NCBI RefSeq assembly: GCF_001194135.2
Contig: NC_069000.1
Span: 10,060,746 to 10,124,745, forward strand
DNA: 64,000 bases
Source of the DNA: Octopus bimaculoides
Taxonomy: Eukaryota
Direction of reading: 5' to 3'
Part shown: one piece after another, positions 28,025 through 40,180 of the stretch
Layout: every line of letters begins with the position of its first letter
Numbering within the stretch: position 1 is the stretch's first letter
Notes under the pieces: model-generated
The model's database searches: none
What the model was told of the DNA's origin: nothing
What the model saw: only the letters and a program-made list of their open reading frames with translations
Made by a program: the position numbers and the translations under genes

Positions 28025-28303
28025 AGGAATGGTAAGCTGATATCTAATTACGATGCTGGAGAGAGGTGGGAAGGGAGAAAGAGAAAGAGAGAGAGGGAGA
28101 GAGAGAGATGGAAGAGTTCATTATAGTTGGAAATATTGGAAAGAAACTTAATTTTCCTTACAAAGCGACTGAGTCAATAAAAACAGAGGAACGAGTTAGG
28201 GAGTAAAAATGTGGTAAACAACAATAATAATTAGTTATTATAGTCACTATTATTATTATTATTACTACTACTACTACTGCTATTATTATAGTTGCTATCA
28301 TCA

Positions 28304-28342
<39 letters not shown>

Positions 28343-29154
28343 GTAGTAGTAGTAGTATTTGTAGTACAGTTGTTGGAGCTGTTATAACTAAACATAAATA
28401 AAAACAAACTATTATTATTGGTAGTAGGTGTTGTAGTACAACAGTCGTTCGTGTTACTGTTATGATTAAAAATAAATGAATAAATCATTATTATTATTAT
28501 TGTTATTATTGTTATTATTATTGTTGTTGTTATTATGAGGAAAACAAATTAATTTTTGCTTTTTAGTGAAGTTAGAAAAAAGTCTGAGATGAAAAGAAAC
28601 AAGTTACTAAAGTCCTGATTGGATAACAGTAAGGGACTTCAGTTATATAATGTGGTGGTGGTGGTGTTAGTGGTGGGGTTCAAAGGGAGGAGAGGGCCAG
28701 AGAAAGAAGAGGGAGAGAAAGAAAGGGGGGAGAGAAAGAGAGAGAGAATGCCAACTGTTTTATGTATTATATAATTCAATAATGTTCATAATAAATTACT
28801 TCCTGTTTCCTTTCCTTACACGTTTCATAACGCACAAAAACAAGAACAAAAAAAAAAGAAAAGAAAAGAAATAACGAAATAACCAAACAAGAAAAATAAA
28901 GGAAACTTCAAACTGTGTGAAACAATGGTTTACTTTAATTATTTGCGTACATGATTCTTTGACAATTTCTCTCTTTTTTTTGTTCTTGTTTTCAAGCACT
29001 GACCCTGAACAATTCTTTTATTACTATTGCAGTTCTTTTCTTAGAGTCCTCAGTAAAACATATCAGCCATCATTCTCAGGACAGTTACTTGTATGTCCAA
29101 CTTTCCATCCCACTATAAAGTTGTCCCTTCGGCTGTAAGTTTAGTCTCAGTTTG

Positions 29155-29315
29155 GCCTTAATTGAACAGACTTCTGATCAAAGAGGACTTCAGCTATTAC
29201 CATATCATTTTTTAAAAATTTTCTCCAAGTATTTAAGAGCATCTTAATGACTGTCTTTAAAATTGGTGAGGTGTTATTTAAGGGAGATTGGGATGCAATT
29301 TCTAATTGGTCAAGG
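29155..29315. repeat. Dispersed repeat family G (unclassified; one end reads TGACCTGCTAGAAATAGCAGCCAAATCT on the other strand)
   Basis: The same terminal motif recurs near 15650, 16720, 18385, 22345, 31000, 41725, 48225, 53945, 57260 and 62220. Confidence 0.6.
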
Positions 29316-29508
29316 AACTGTATAAAATTCCTCTCACCAGCTCAGCATAGGTTGGACAGTTTGATAGAGTCCAGCAAGCAGCTTGTCATAGTTTCCACAG
29401 TAGCAGGTCCTGCTTAATGCCAACCACTGTGTGTACTGCATCCCATTTCTTTATGCTAATAGAAAGATGCTGTTACTTGATAAGTAGTAAGTTAACAAAT
29501 GACAGCAT

Positions 29509-29900
29509 ATCTCTTTACTCTTTTACTTGTTTCAGTCATTTGACTGTGGCCATGCTGGAGCACCGCCTTTAGTCGAGCAAATCGACCCCAGGACTTATTC
29601 TTTGTAAGCCTAGTACTTATTCTATCGGTCTCTTTTGCTGAAATGCTAAGTTACGGGGACGTAAACACACCAGCATCGGTTGTCAAGCGATGTTGGGAGG
29701 ACAAACACAGACACACAAACACACATATACATATATACGATGGGCCTCTTTCAGTTTCTGTCTCCCAAATCCACTCACAAGGTCTTGGTCGGCCCGAGGC
29801 TATAGTAGAAGACACTTGCCCAAGGTGCCACGCAGTGGGACTGAACCCGGACCATGTGGTTGGTAAGCAAGCTACTTACCACACAGCCACTCCTGCACCT
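29509..29900 (-). mobile_element. Family A SINE, full length, young
   Basis: High-identity reverse complement of 44628-45072, including CCTTGGGCAAGTGTCTT (CORE-like) and the tRNA-like head. Confidence 0.92.
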
Positions 29901-30629
29901 ATGAATTAATTTTTATGTAATTCCATATGTGACACTGAACATTCCTGGGCTTGTCCTAATCATTCTCCCTTCACACATTGGGTTAGTCTATCTCTACCAG
30001 TTTTCTTCAAACCCTAACATACAGTACATTTTTTTTTTTACCCATCACAACAAATAATTGCATTACACAAGCAGTTATCTGCTTGCATACATTATACATT
30101 TATCAATATGTCTGATACCCAGTTGCGTTCTTGTATGTTAATTTTGCATATTCTGATAGATTGCACCCTGCCCCATGTTACTGTTCATCTCCTGTATTTA
30201 CCGTACATGTTATAAACACCATACTTTCTATAATCTGTTACTGTTATGAAAGGAGAAATTATTTATTGATACTGGCAGTAGGTGATATTGGAACTCTGTC
30301 CTGTCTACCACTAGCATTAGACATTATATTCTCACTAACCCTCTTCCCACATCTAGTTAAAAATTTTTATCAGTGAGCCAAGGGGACTTGAGTAAGAATT
30401 TCTAGGTGGGTGCATGAAGGGTGAAATTGTATCCATAAAGACTACAACTGATTGTAAAAACTGATCTTAAAAAAACATTGATATTTCTCTCTCTGTTTGA
30501 GGAAGGCAATCAATGTTATCTCATTCACTGATCATATCAACTATATAGGCTGTCGTCTGTCTAGTAGATATTATAAAACTATTCAATCCCAAATAACTAG
30601 GTTCAAGACTAGTTTCTTCCCTCAGTAGG

Positions 30630-30940
30630 TGTACCACAACGGAACATCGTACAGACATCTGGTAGATACTAAAGATTTTAGAAACAGTTCATTTTCCCCA
30701 CAGCTGTTACACAATGGAACAATGTATAGACATGAAGCAGATACTAAAGCTGTATGATGGGTTCACTTTCTCTACCCCATAGTTGTCAACCGTGGGAACA
30801 CTGTACAGATATTTAGCAGATACTCAAGATGTATTTACTCACAGGTTACCAAGAACAGGTACAGCTTGTTCCCCACCACCATCACCATAGTTGTCACAGA
30901 CAGGATAGCACATTGTTGATAAGACTATTGCATGCTTGTA
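30630..30940. repeat. Degenerate ~77-bp tandem repeat, 3-4 units
   Basis: GGAACA..GTA.AGA.AT...G.AGATACT.AAG recurs at 30641, 30716 and 30795. Confidence 0.75.
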
Positions 30941-31597
30941 GATATTAGGAGATGCTAGCCAACAAGAGAAGCATCTAGGTAGTCACAAAAACTGCTAGAA
31001 AGAGCAGCCAAATTAAAATTTACAGCACACTGGTTTGCTAGCTCAGAGCTGAACAACACACACATACATATATATATACAGACACACATATGCATATATA
31101 TACAAACAGACATATACAAATATAATTATATCTACACCTACACACATCAATACACTCAGATATATATATATATATATATATATATAAACACACACACACA
31201 TATACAAATATATCTACACACACACACACACTCACACTCAAATAACTAGATTTAGTACTATTCTGCACCTCATTGTCGAACACTCTTCCTTATCATTGAT
31301 GGAGGAGGTCTGGGGTTTAACGTATGTCTACGAATTTCTATTTTACATTCAACATAATCAGGTTACTGTAATTACTGTATTATTATTGTAATTACTGCTA
31401 TTACTAGTCTATGTGTTATTATGTTATTATGTGTTATTACTGTATATGTGTGCATCATTATGCATCATTATTGTTATTTGGAAATATTAATCATTTGATT
31501 GTCATTTGTGTTTTAATGCACATTACAATGTACTCTGAGAAATTACCAGAACTGAATACCCTAATGATACTGTCACCACCACCACCACAATCAGAAC

Positions 31598-31629
<32 letters not shown>

Positions 31630-31749
31630 CCACAATAATGGTGAATGGGCAGAATCAGTAACGAGTCGGACAAAACACCTGTGGTATTTAGTCAGGGATC
31701 TTTATGTTCTTTGAGTTCAAACTTTTGTTTTTCATCTTCCCAGGGTCAA

Positions 31750-32087
31750 GTAGATGGACATGGCTTAGTGGTTAGGGTGTTGGATTCAGGATTGTATAAG
31801 ATTGTAGTTTTGACTCCTGGACTTGGTGACAGGTTTTCTTGAGCAAAACATTTCATTTCATGCTGTTCCAGTCAATTCCACCCGGCTGGCAAAACTGAAT
31901 AGTCCTGCAATGGAATGTGTCTTGTCCAGAGAGGAATATATGTATGTATATACTCTTATTTTATGGTAACTAATAGAAAGTTGTGCAACAGACCAGCGTC
32001 CCCTCCAGGTGGGGAACCTATATGCCAATGAAACTGGGACACCAGCCCTTATGAGCCAGGCATGGCTCGAGAAGGAACAAACAACAA
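31750..32087 (+). mobile_element. Family E tRNA-headed SINE with V-domain-like core and 3' stem-loop plus (AAC)n tail
   Basis: TGGCTTAGTGGTTAG head; CCTGCAATGGA..GT.TTGTCCAG core; terminal GAGCCA-GGCA-TGGCTC hairpin at 32053-32068. The V-SINE resemblance is from memory. Confidence 0.6.
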
Positions 32088-32173
32088 TAGGAAGTAGGGA
32101 GCACAGTACATAACTTTCTATACATGCATAACCTTCTATTTAATCACTAAAGTGAGTAAAATGCAGGTTGCTT

Positions 32174-32445
32174 GTGGAGGTGCATGGTCTAGTGGTTAGG
32201 GCGTTGTACTCATGATCGCTAGTTCGTGGGTTCGATTCCCATACTGAGAGGTGAATTGTGTTCTTGAGTAAAGTACGTCATTTCATGTTGCTCCAGTCCC
32301 ATTTTGATTAAGTGGGGAGTTTCGGCCTGCTTGCCTAGCCAGCGGGGTGGTGTCATTTGATGACTAAAACAATGCAAAGCGCACTGTGACCAGCGATGTG
32401 CAACAGCATCTGATAGTCTAGTCGGTCCAGTGATCGTGTAATGTG
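32174..32445 (+). mobile_element. tRNA-headed SINE (E-like head, different body)
   Basis: Box A TGGTCTAGTGGTTAG and box B GGTTCGATTCCC. Confidence 0.65.
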
Positions 32446-32994
32446 GGTTGCTAATGATGATGCGGTACCTTATTACATACCATAAACTTTTAACCTTGTT
32501 GTCCACTTATAACATCAGCTTTCCAACACTGATTCTTACAAAAGATTTGAAAAAAGAACCTCAAAAACATTACTCAACAATTCTATATTCTTAATAATCT
32601 TGCATTAAATTGGGCTAAACCAAACTCATTCTTTAGAAATGCCACTAATATCCCACCTGATTTTTGTCTTAAAAATGATAACCATACAACTAAAACCAGC
32701 GAGATGACAGATATTGGTAAAATGAATGATTCAGAAGCTGGAACAAATGCAGAGATGACGACGTCGCTGCTGCTGAAAGTAGTGGTGGTGGCGGTGCCGA
32801 TAATGATGATGATGATGATGATGACAGTGTTGGCGGTGATGATCTTCAGCTATTTTAATCAGCGAACGGCTCACTCCGGTCATGAATATCTTGCTGCAGT
32901 TATGAATTCTTAATGCAAAGTCTAAATCAGATTCAGGAATTAGCATTTTTCCCTAATCCACATATAAATGAGCGATTCAGCTACCACTGAGTAT

Positions 32995-33288
32995 TGATGT
33001 TGTTGGCATTCCGTCGCTTACGACGTCGAGGGTTCCAGTTGATCCGATCAACGGAACAGCCTGCTCATGAAATTAACGTGCAAGTGGCTGAGCACTCCAC
33101 AGACACGTGTACCCTTAACGTAGTTCTCGGGGGATATTCAGCATGACACAGTGTGACAAGGCTGGCCCTTTGAAATACAGGCACGACAGAAACAGGAAGT
33201 AAGAGTGAGAGAAAGTTGTGGTGGAAGAGTACAGCAGGGTTCGCCACCATCTCCTGCCGGAGCCTTGTGGAGCTTTAGGTGTTTTCGC
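32995..33288 (-). mobile_element. Family C SINE lacking its tRNA head, fused to a mariner fragment
   Basis: Matches 16015-16305, then breaks off at GTTTTCGCCTCAA. Confidence 0.88.
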
Positions 33289-33393
33289 CTCAACCTATCA
33301 AAATCCGTCGTTCATGGGCACTTGGTAAAGATTGGGGACACAAATCACTACGATGTTTGGGTACCACATGAGTTGAGTGAGAAGAACCTTTTG
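33289..33393 (+). pseudogene. Mariner transposase fragment (HTH end plus WVPHEL linker)
   Basis: Translates LNLSKSVVHGHLVKIGDTNHYDVWVPHELSEKNLL; WVPHEL is the diagnostic mariner linker motif. Confidence 0.9.
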
Positions 33394-33504
33394 GAAAATC
33401 GGCACAAACTTTTCGAACAACCCAATAAAATTACTCAGAATTACACATCACTCAGCAAATCAAATCATACAATATATCTGTCTTTGTACATAAAACAATG
33501 CCAT

Positions 33505-34010
33505 CACTGATAATGGTGATGATGACTGATGATGATGATCAAAGTGATTGATGATGACTGTGACTGATGATGATGATGATCAAAGTGATTGATGATGACT
33601 GTGACTGATGATGGTGATAATGACTGATGATGATGATCAAAGTGATTGATGATGACTGTGACTGATGATGGTGATAATGACTGANNNNNNNNNNTGATCA
33701 AAGTGATTGATGATGACTGTGACTGATGATGGTGATAATGACTGACAATGGTGATAATAACTGACAATGGCGATAGTACCCAATGCTGATAATGATGACA
33801 CTGATTTATGAAAGGGGTCAATGACTGATGATGATGATCAAAGTGATTGATGATGACTGTGACTGATGATGGTGATAATAACTGACAATGGTGATAGTAC
33901 CCAATGCTGATAATGATGACACTGATTTATGAAAGGGGTCAATGACTGATGGTGATGACAGTGACTGATGATTCTGATGATGATAAAGCGTTGATAATGA
34001 TGATAATCAC
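33505..34010. repeat. Compound (TGA)-derived minisatellite with a ~120-bp higher-order duplication
   Basis: GATCAAAGTGATTGATGATGACTGTGACTGAT recurs about five times; GATAGTACCCAATGCTGATAATGATGACACTGATTTATGAAAGGGGTCAATG occurs twice (about 33773 and 33893). Confidence 0.9.
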
Positions 34011-34210
34011 ACTGACAAAGATAAAAGCGAAACAAGAAGCACTGACCCTGAAGTTAATGTTGTTCGTATGTTAAGTGACAATTTTGATTACAATCGCAAA
34101 GCTATGACCCTGGCAAAAGAGACACAGAGTCTTACGACAACAGTAGAAGTAATAATGATGATAACAACAACAACAACACTGATAGATCAGTGTTAAGTAA
34201 ATCAACTTAC

Positions 34211-34320
34211 AATAAACTGGTATTCAGAGTCCGGCTGCCTGGTCCGGTTCCCTGGAGGTAGGCGTACTCCACCAGGGTGACCAAAAATCACCAAATCACC
34301 CTCATTCAGTTTCACACTGC
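34211..34320 (-). CDS. TCF19: Internal exon encoding the C-terminal part of an FHA domain, TCF19-like (GSVKLNEGDLVIFGHPGGVRLPPGNRTRQPDSEYQFI)
   Basis: Long T tract and CTTCAG acceptor (AG at 34322-34321), donor GTAAGT at 34210. Open 110 bp, phase 1 to 0. L.EGD...FG matches the last FHA strands, and the PG...QPDSE.QF insert resembles TCF19-family proteins from memory; orthology was not searched. Confidence 0.8.
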
Positions 34321-36334
34321 CTGAAGAAACACAAAGAGAAAAAAAAAAAAGCACAATATTAATACATATATCTATTAATACATACATACATACATATATT
34401 TATATTATAAACATGTTGGTTTATGCTGGACGAATGAGAAAGGAGTGCTCGATATGTGTTGTAGAGGAAATGGTTTTTCACTGAAAATGAAATAGTTTGA
34501 CTCATAACAGAGGCTTCTTTCAGTTTCAGTCTACCAAATCCATTCGCAAGGCTTTGGTAAGCCTGAGGCTATAGTAAAAGACACTTGCCCAAGGTGTCAT
34601 GCAATGGGACTGAACCTGGAACCATGTGATTAGGAAGCAAGCTTCTTACCACACAGCCATGCTTGCACCTATATACATACATACACACATATATATATAT
34701 ATATACACATATCTACACACACACACATGATGGGCTTGCACACAGTTTCTGTCTATCATATTCACTAACAAGGTATTGGTTGACCCTGGAGATGAACCCA
34801 AGACCACATGGTTACAAAGCAAGCACCTTACCACACAGCAACATCAGGAATATATTTTGTACTTGATTTATTTTCACAAACTACTGTTTTATAGCCATAA
34901 AAAATATTCTATTCTGTGTGTTAGCGAGACAAACAGAGCTAAATATATTTTCGTGGCCAGAGATAGCCAATAAAAAGTGAAAGGCTTTGCTAAATTACAA
35001 AGGAGAAATGGAAGATGTGACATTCATGCCTTTCGCAAGGGATTTAGTGGAGAAGCAACTGTTGTAGTATGTGTGTATGTGTGTGAGTGCGGAGAATGAA
35101 ACAGCCCATACACACATACACACACATATACACAAATACATACAGATATATATATAGGTTTATGCATGAAAATTATGGCCCTCGAACCACTCTGTAACTT
35201 CTGCTGATTAATGAACATAGACACATATATACATTTGTGAATACACACACACACACACACACACAAGAGTGTGTGCATGTAAGTCATTTGATACATGCAC
35301 ACATGTGCACAATGGATGCATATACGTCTATACCAATATATGATTCAGTAAAAGAAAGATGGAATTAGGAAAATATGAAAGTAGAAAGAGGGTGCGGAAA
35401 GGCAGAAAATGAGTGGATAGAATAAAAAGAAGGAAAGACTGCTGAAGAAAGAAAAAAAGAAACAAAGCAGAGAAAGAGAGGTGGTGAATGAGAGAGAGAG
35501 AGAGAGAGGGGGGGGGAGAGCAGGAGAATGAGACAGAGAGTGAGTGAGAGGTAAATAAAAGAAAAAGAGATAAAGTAAATTGCTATCTATGTATAGAAAT
35601 TAAAAACAATTTTCTCAATATAGATAAAATACATTTAAGAAGATTTCTTTTCCATTCCACAAGGTCAACTGCAGGGCAGTAGGTCAATTGAAAGGACCTA
35701 CAATATCTAAATAGATTTCAGAAAGAATAAATGAAATAGAAAAATTAAAAACGTGTGTGAGTGTATGTGTGTGTGTATATGTATGTAGGGGTACATCATA
35801 TATAATTTTAGGCTGTAAGCTAGAAACAACAGAGAGACTAACATTTCGGACTTGAGGTTCTTCGTCAAGAAAAAATTGAAAATAAAACGAAAGAATTAAA
35901 TATTACTACAACAATGGATGTAGCATATTGCAAGAATCAAATGGTCAGTAATTCTGCAAAGTGGTCTCATATACTGTTGACTGTGAGTGTAAAATTAATT
36001 TCTTTGTATGGCTGTTAAGTTTTTGATGTTTTTTGGTTCCAGATTGTTGGTTCCAGGAATCTTTCTGGATGTCATTATCATGTTGACGCAGATCTTATCT
36101 TTCAGATTACACTGGAGTGAACTTCATCTGATGGATAGATGGATGGATTATGCAAGTGTGTGTGTGTGTGCGAGCGTGCATGCAAGTTCGTAAGCATGTG
36201 TGTGTTATTCTAAGTAATATATTCTTTAAAATTCACTGTTCCTTATTTTATTGATGATGGAAAGAAGCAGAGAGAAATATAATTTCTTACTTAGCAAATT
36301 ACTGATGATGATGATAATGTCAACAACAATGATG

Positions 36335-36381
<47 letters not shown>

Positions 36382-39362
36382 TTTTTTTCCTTTTTCTCTT
36401 TGTCTTCCCCTTTTTTCTCTGTCACATGACTCTGTAAGTGAACAATCTTGTATGCTTATTTTAATGGCCTACCAATGTATACAGTATGTTTCTGTGCTCT
36501 AGGTGTCAGGAAGATACTCGGCAAGAAATGGAAACAGAACTGAAAGATGCTAATGAAAATTATAATAATAATAATAATAATTTCTAAAATGGGCATGAGG
36601 AAACAAATCTATAGAAGACGATTAAAGATGACTGCGTCAACCTGAGTATATATCTGGTAATATATTCAATCATCTCTGCTGGAATAAAAGTGAAGTTTTC
36701 CCCAGCAAGATTTGAAATCAGAAACTGGCTAAAATTTACCTAAATACTCTCATCGCTTCTATCACCCTACTGCTTTGATGATGATGATGATGATGATTTC
36801 TGACTATGGAAGAAGGCAGCAATTTCAGAGGTGTGAAGTATAATTAAATGACTTGGCTGTATCACTGGTTTTCTTATTTCATTGAATTTGGATGGATAGA
36901 TAGTAAGGTAGGGTTGAACCTGAAAGATTTAGTCCCTTCACTTTGCAACTTGTGTCAGGGGGACTAAATACCATGTACACCGTTCTATGAATAAGGGTCA
37001 TACAATGATAAAGGGGACAATTTGAAAACAGCAGGAAAAAAAATAAAAGACCCGCCTAAAAAAAAAAGAGAGAAAAAATCTAAGTCCAGAAGGACTAATT
37101 CTATCTTCATTGAAAGGAGAAGACAGAGAGAAAGGGAGGTAATACAATATTAGAGTAAATTACAGGAAGATGAGGATATAATAATATACCTAAAAATTTT
37201 GAGACAGAATTGGGAAGGAATGATTAGTGCATGGGGAGGGGGAAGATGTACATATGTATGAGGCCAATTGCTAATTACTTGTGGTGCGTATGTTCACAGA
37301 TTTATTTAATAATTGCCTATGTTATGTGTGAATATATATACTTTATATACTTCATTGTGTATATAAGATTCTAAATATGTGTAGTCTATACAAATATATA
37401 TTATATTCATACACAGAATTTCATGCATATAGCGTTTTGTAAATGGAGGTGCAAGTTCTGCTTTTGAATTTTGCCATGAGCATGCAGGTATATGCATGTC
37501 AGTGTGCATATGTTATATAAAGTGCACATGGGCTGCAAATGCATTTCAATATGTGCTTCCATACATTTCTACAAAACACACATACACACACACAGTTTCC
37601 AAAGTAGCTACACACACACACATACAAACGTAAATACCTGTTTTTATTGCAGAAAGAGCCGGAACATAGAAAGGTAGTGACCCACCCCTACACCACCACC
37701 ACCAGCATTATCTTAATTTCACATTTTCTGGACTGATACACAATTACTGGCCTGATGCAGGGTTCCAGCCTGACCCCTCTAAACTTCCTTTTCTTCTATA
37801 TTCGAGTCAAGGGAGATGGACAATGAAATGGTCTCAATGCATATATATATATATATATATATATATACAAGGGACACAATGGACATAATTATATATAATA
37901 CATACCTTCTTTCTGTCTGTCTCTCTCTTTCACACACACACACACACACTTAAATCTGTCTTTGTGTATGTGTGTGTTTGTGTGAGGGTGTGTAGATAAA
38001 TTCCATACACTCAAGTATTATGCATGTATATATAAACATGTGTGTGTGTGTGTGTGTGTGTGCACATGCATGTGTGAGTGAGTAAATAAATGCAAAAGAC
38101 ACACATGTACACACATGTTCTTATTCAAACACACAACGCACACATACACACATAGCGTGTATGTGTAAATGAACACATAAGACATACATACACACATGTA
38201 TACATACATACATACATACATACTTATATACATTTATACATACATACATTCATACATACATACATTGTGTGTGTGTGTGTGTGTGGTGAAGGAGGTGGGC
38301 CACATGGACATACATGTATGTTAGCAGTAAGGCATGGGAGTATTCCGCAAAAGGTGGAGAGAGAGGGGGGGAGAAGAGGAAAGTCAGAGCTGCATAATTA
38401 GAAGGGTAAAGCAGGAGTAATTAGACTCAACTGTTGGGGGGGGGAAGNNNNNNNNNNNNNNNNNNNNNNNNNNNNNNNNNNNNNNNNNNNNNNNNNNNNN
38501 NNNNNNNNNNNNNNNNNNNNNNNNNNNNNNNNNNNNNNNNNNNNNNNNNNNNNNNNNNNNNNNNNNNNNNNNNNNNNNNNNNNNNNNNNNNNNNNNNNNN
38601 NNNNNNNNNNNNNNNNNNNNNNNNNNNNNNNNNNNNNNNNNNNNNNNNNNNNNNNNNNNNNNNNNNNNNNNNNNNNNNNNNNNNNNNNNNNNNNNNNNNN
38701 NNNNNNNNNNNNNNNNNNNNNNNNNNNNNNNNNNNNNNNNNNNNNNNNNNNNNNNNNNNNNNNNNNNNNNNNNNNNNNNNNNNNNNNNNNNNNNNNNNNN
38801 NNNNNNNNNNNNNNNNNNNNNNNNNNNNNNNNNNNNNNNNNNNNNNNNNNNNNNNNNNNNNNNNNNNNNNNNNNNNNNNNNNNNNNNNNNNNNNNNNNNN
38901 NNNNNNNNNNNNNNNNNNNNNNNNNNNNNNNNNNNNNNNNNNNNNNNNNNNNNNNNNNNNNNNNNNNNNNNNNNNNNNNNNNNNNNNNNNNNNNNNNNNN
39001 NNNNNNNNNNNNNNNNNNNNNNNNNNNNNNNNNNNNNNNNNNNNNNNNNNNNNNNNNNNNNNNNNNNNNNNNNNNNNNNNNNNNNNNNNNNNNNNNNNNN
39101 NNNNNNNNNNNNNNNNNNNNNNNNNNNNNNNNNNNNNNNNNNNNNNNNNNNNNNNNNNNNNNNNNNNNNNNNNNNNNNNNNNNNNNNNNNNNNNNNNNNN
39201 NNNNNNNNNNNNNNNNNNNNNNNNNNNNNNNNNNNNNNNNNNNNAAAATAAAAAGGGCTACTACTAGCTATGATAGAATGTATATTAGCCTTCTGATATT
39301 CTTTGCATTCAATAATGCAAACAGTAACCAGTGTATTAAACATGTGAACCTTAGCTTTAATT

Positions 39363-39697
39363 ATATTCTTTTCTCCTCTAGGCACAAGGCCTGAAATTTT
39401 GGGGGGAGAGTGGGGAGGCCAGTCGATTAGATTGACCCAAGTACACAACTGGTACTTAATTTAATGACCCCAAAAGGATGAAAGGCAAAGTTGACCTTGG
39501 TGGAATTTGAACCCAGAACGTAAAGACAGATGAGATACCGGTAAGTATTTCGCCCTGCGTGCTACCATTTCTACCAGCTCACTACCTTATCTGTAAATAC
39601 TCTTTTCTACTCTAGGCACAAGGCCTGCAATTTTTGGGGAGGGGGCCAGTCAAAGTTGACCTTGGCGGAATTTGAACTCAGAACATAAAGACAGACA
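39363..39697 (-). mobile_element. Head-to-tail pair of family B SINEs; the second is internally deleted
   Basis: 39363-39586 is a full copy; 39598-39697 jumps from GGCCAGTC to AAAGTTGACC. Confidence 0.85.
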
Positions 39698-40145
39698 CCC
39701 CAGCCGGCATAAAGGCTAGATGGAACTTCTATTTCTCCGTTCAGCTTTGTCATATCTACAGCGTTCAATATCTCATCACGTTTGGCCCTACGGCTTTTTA
39801 ATGTTGTTTTCACTGTCCAATTTTTCCTGGTTTATGTTTGCTACCTTGGAATCCTCTGTTTAGTGGGTTAATCCACTACTCAGGAAGAAACTATTCTAAG
39901 AGTGCGTCCTGCCTTATCTTCGAAATGCCTGGTTTTAGAATAGAGGCAGCTGATGAAGGAATAATTCCATAAGAGGCTTGTTTGTTTTCCTGTGTTCATT
40001 CTGTTGTCTGTAAACAAAGTCCGTTTTGTTATTATGTCCCCGTTCATTTTTCTAACATCCTGTACCCGGATATGCATCTATATATACATGTAGATGTAGG
40101 CATGTACATATATGTATGTATACATGAATATGCTTATATATCATT

Positions 40146-40180
<35 letters not shown>

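Noticed and set aside
26811-28040. Long ORFs spanning N runs (also near 12.0, 13.4, 25.2, 38.4, 42.2, 51.0, 52.2, 59.1 and 61.3 kb)
   Set aside because: They are open only because N codons contain no stops.
39710-40075. Unique-looking segment with short minus-strand ORFs
   Set aside because: Frames are broken by stops; probably a decayed retroelement, class not assignable by eye.
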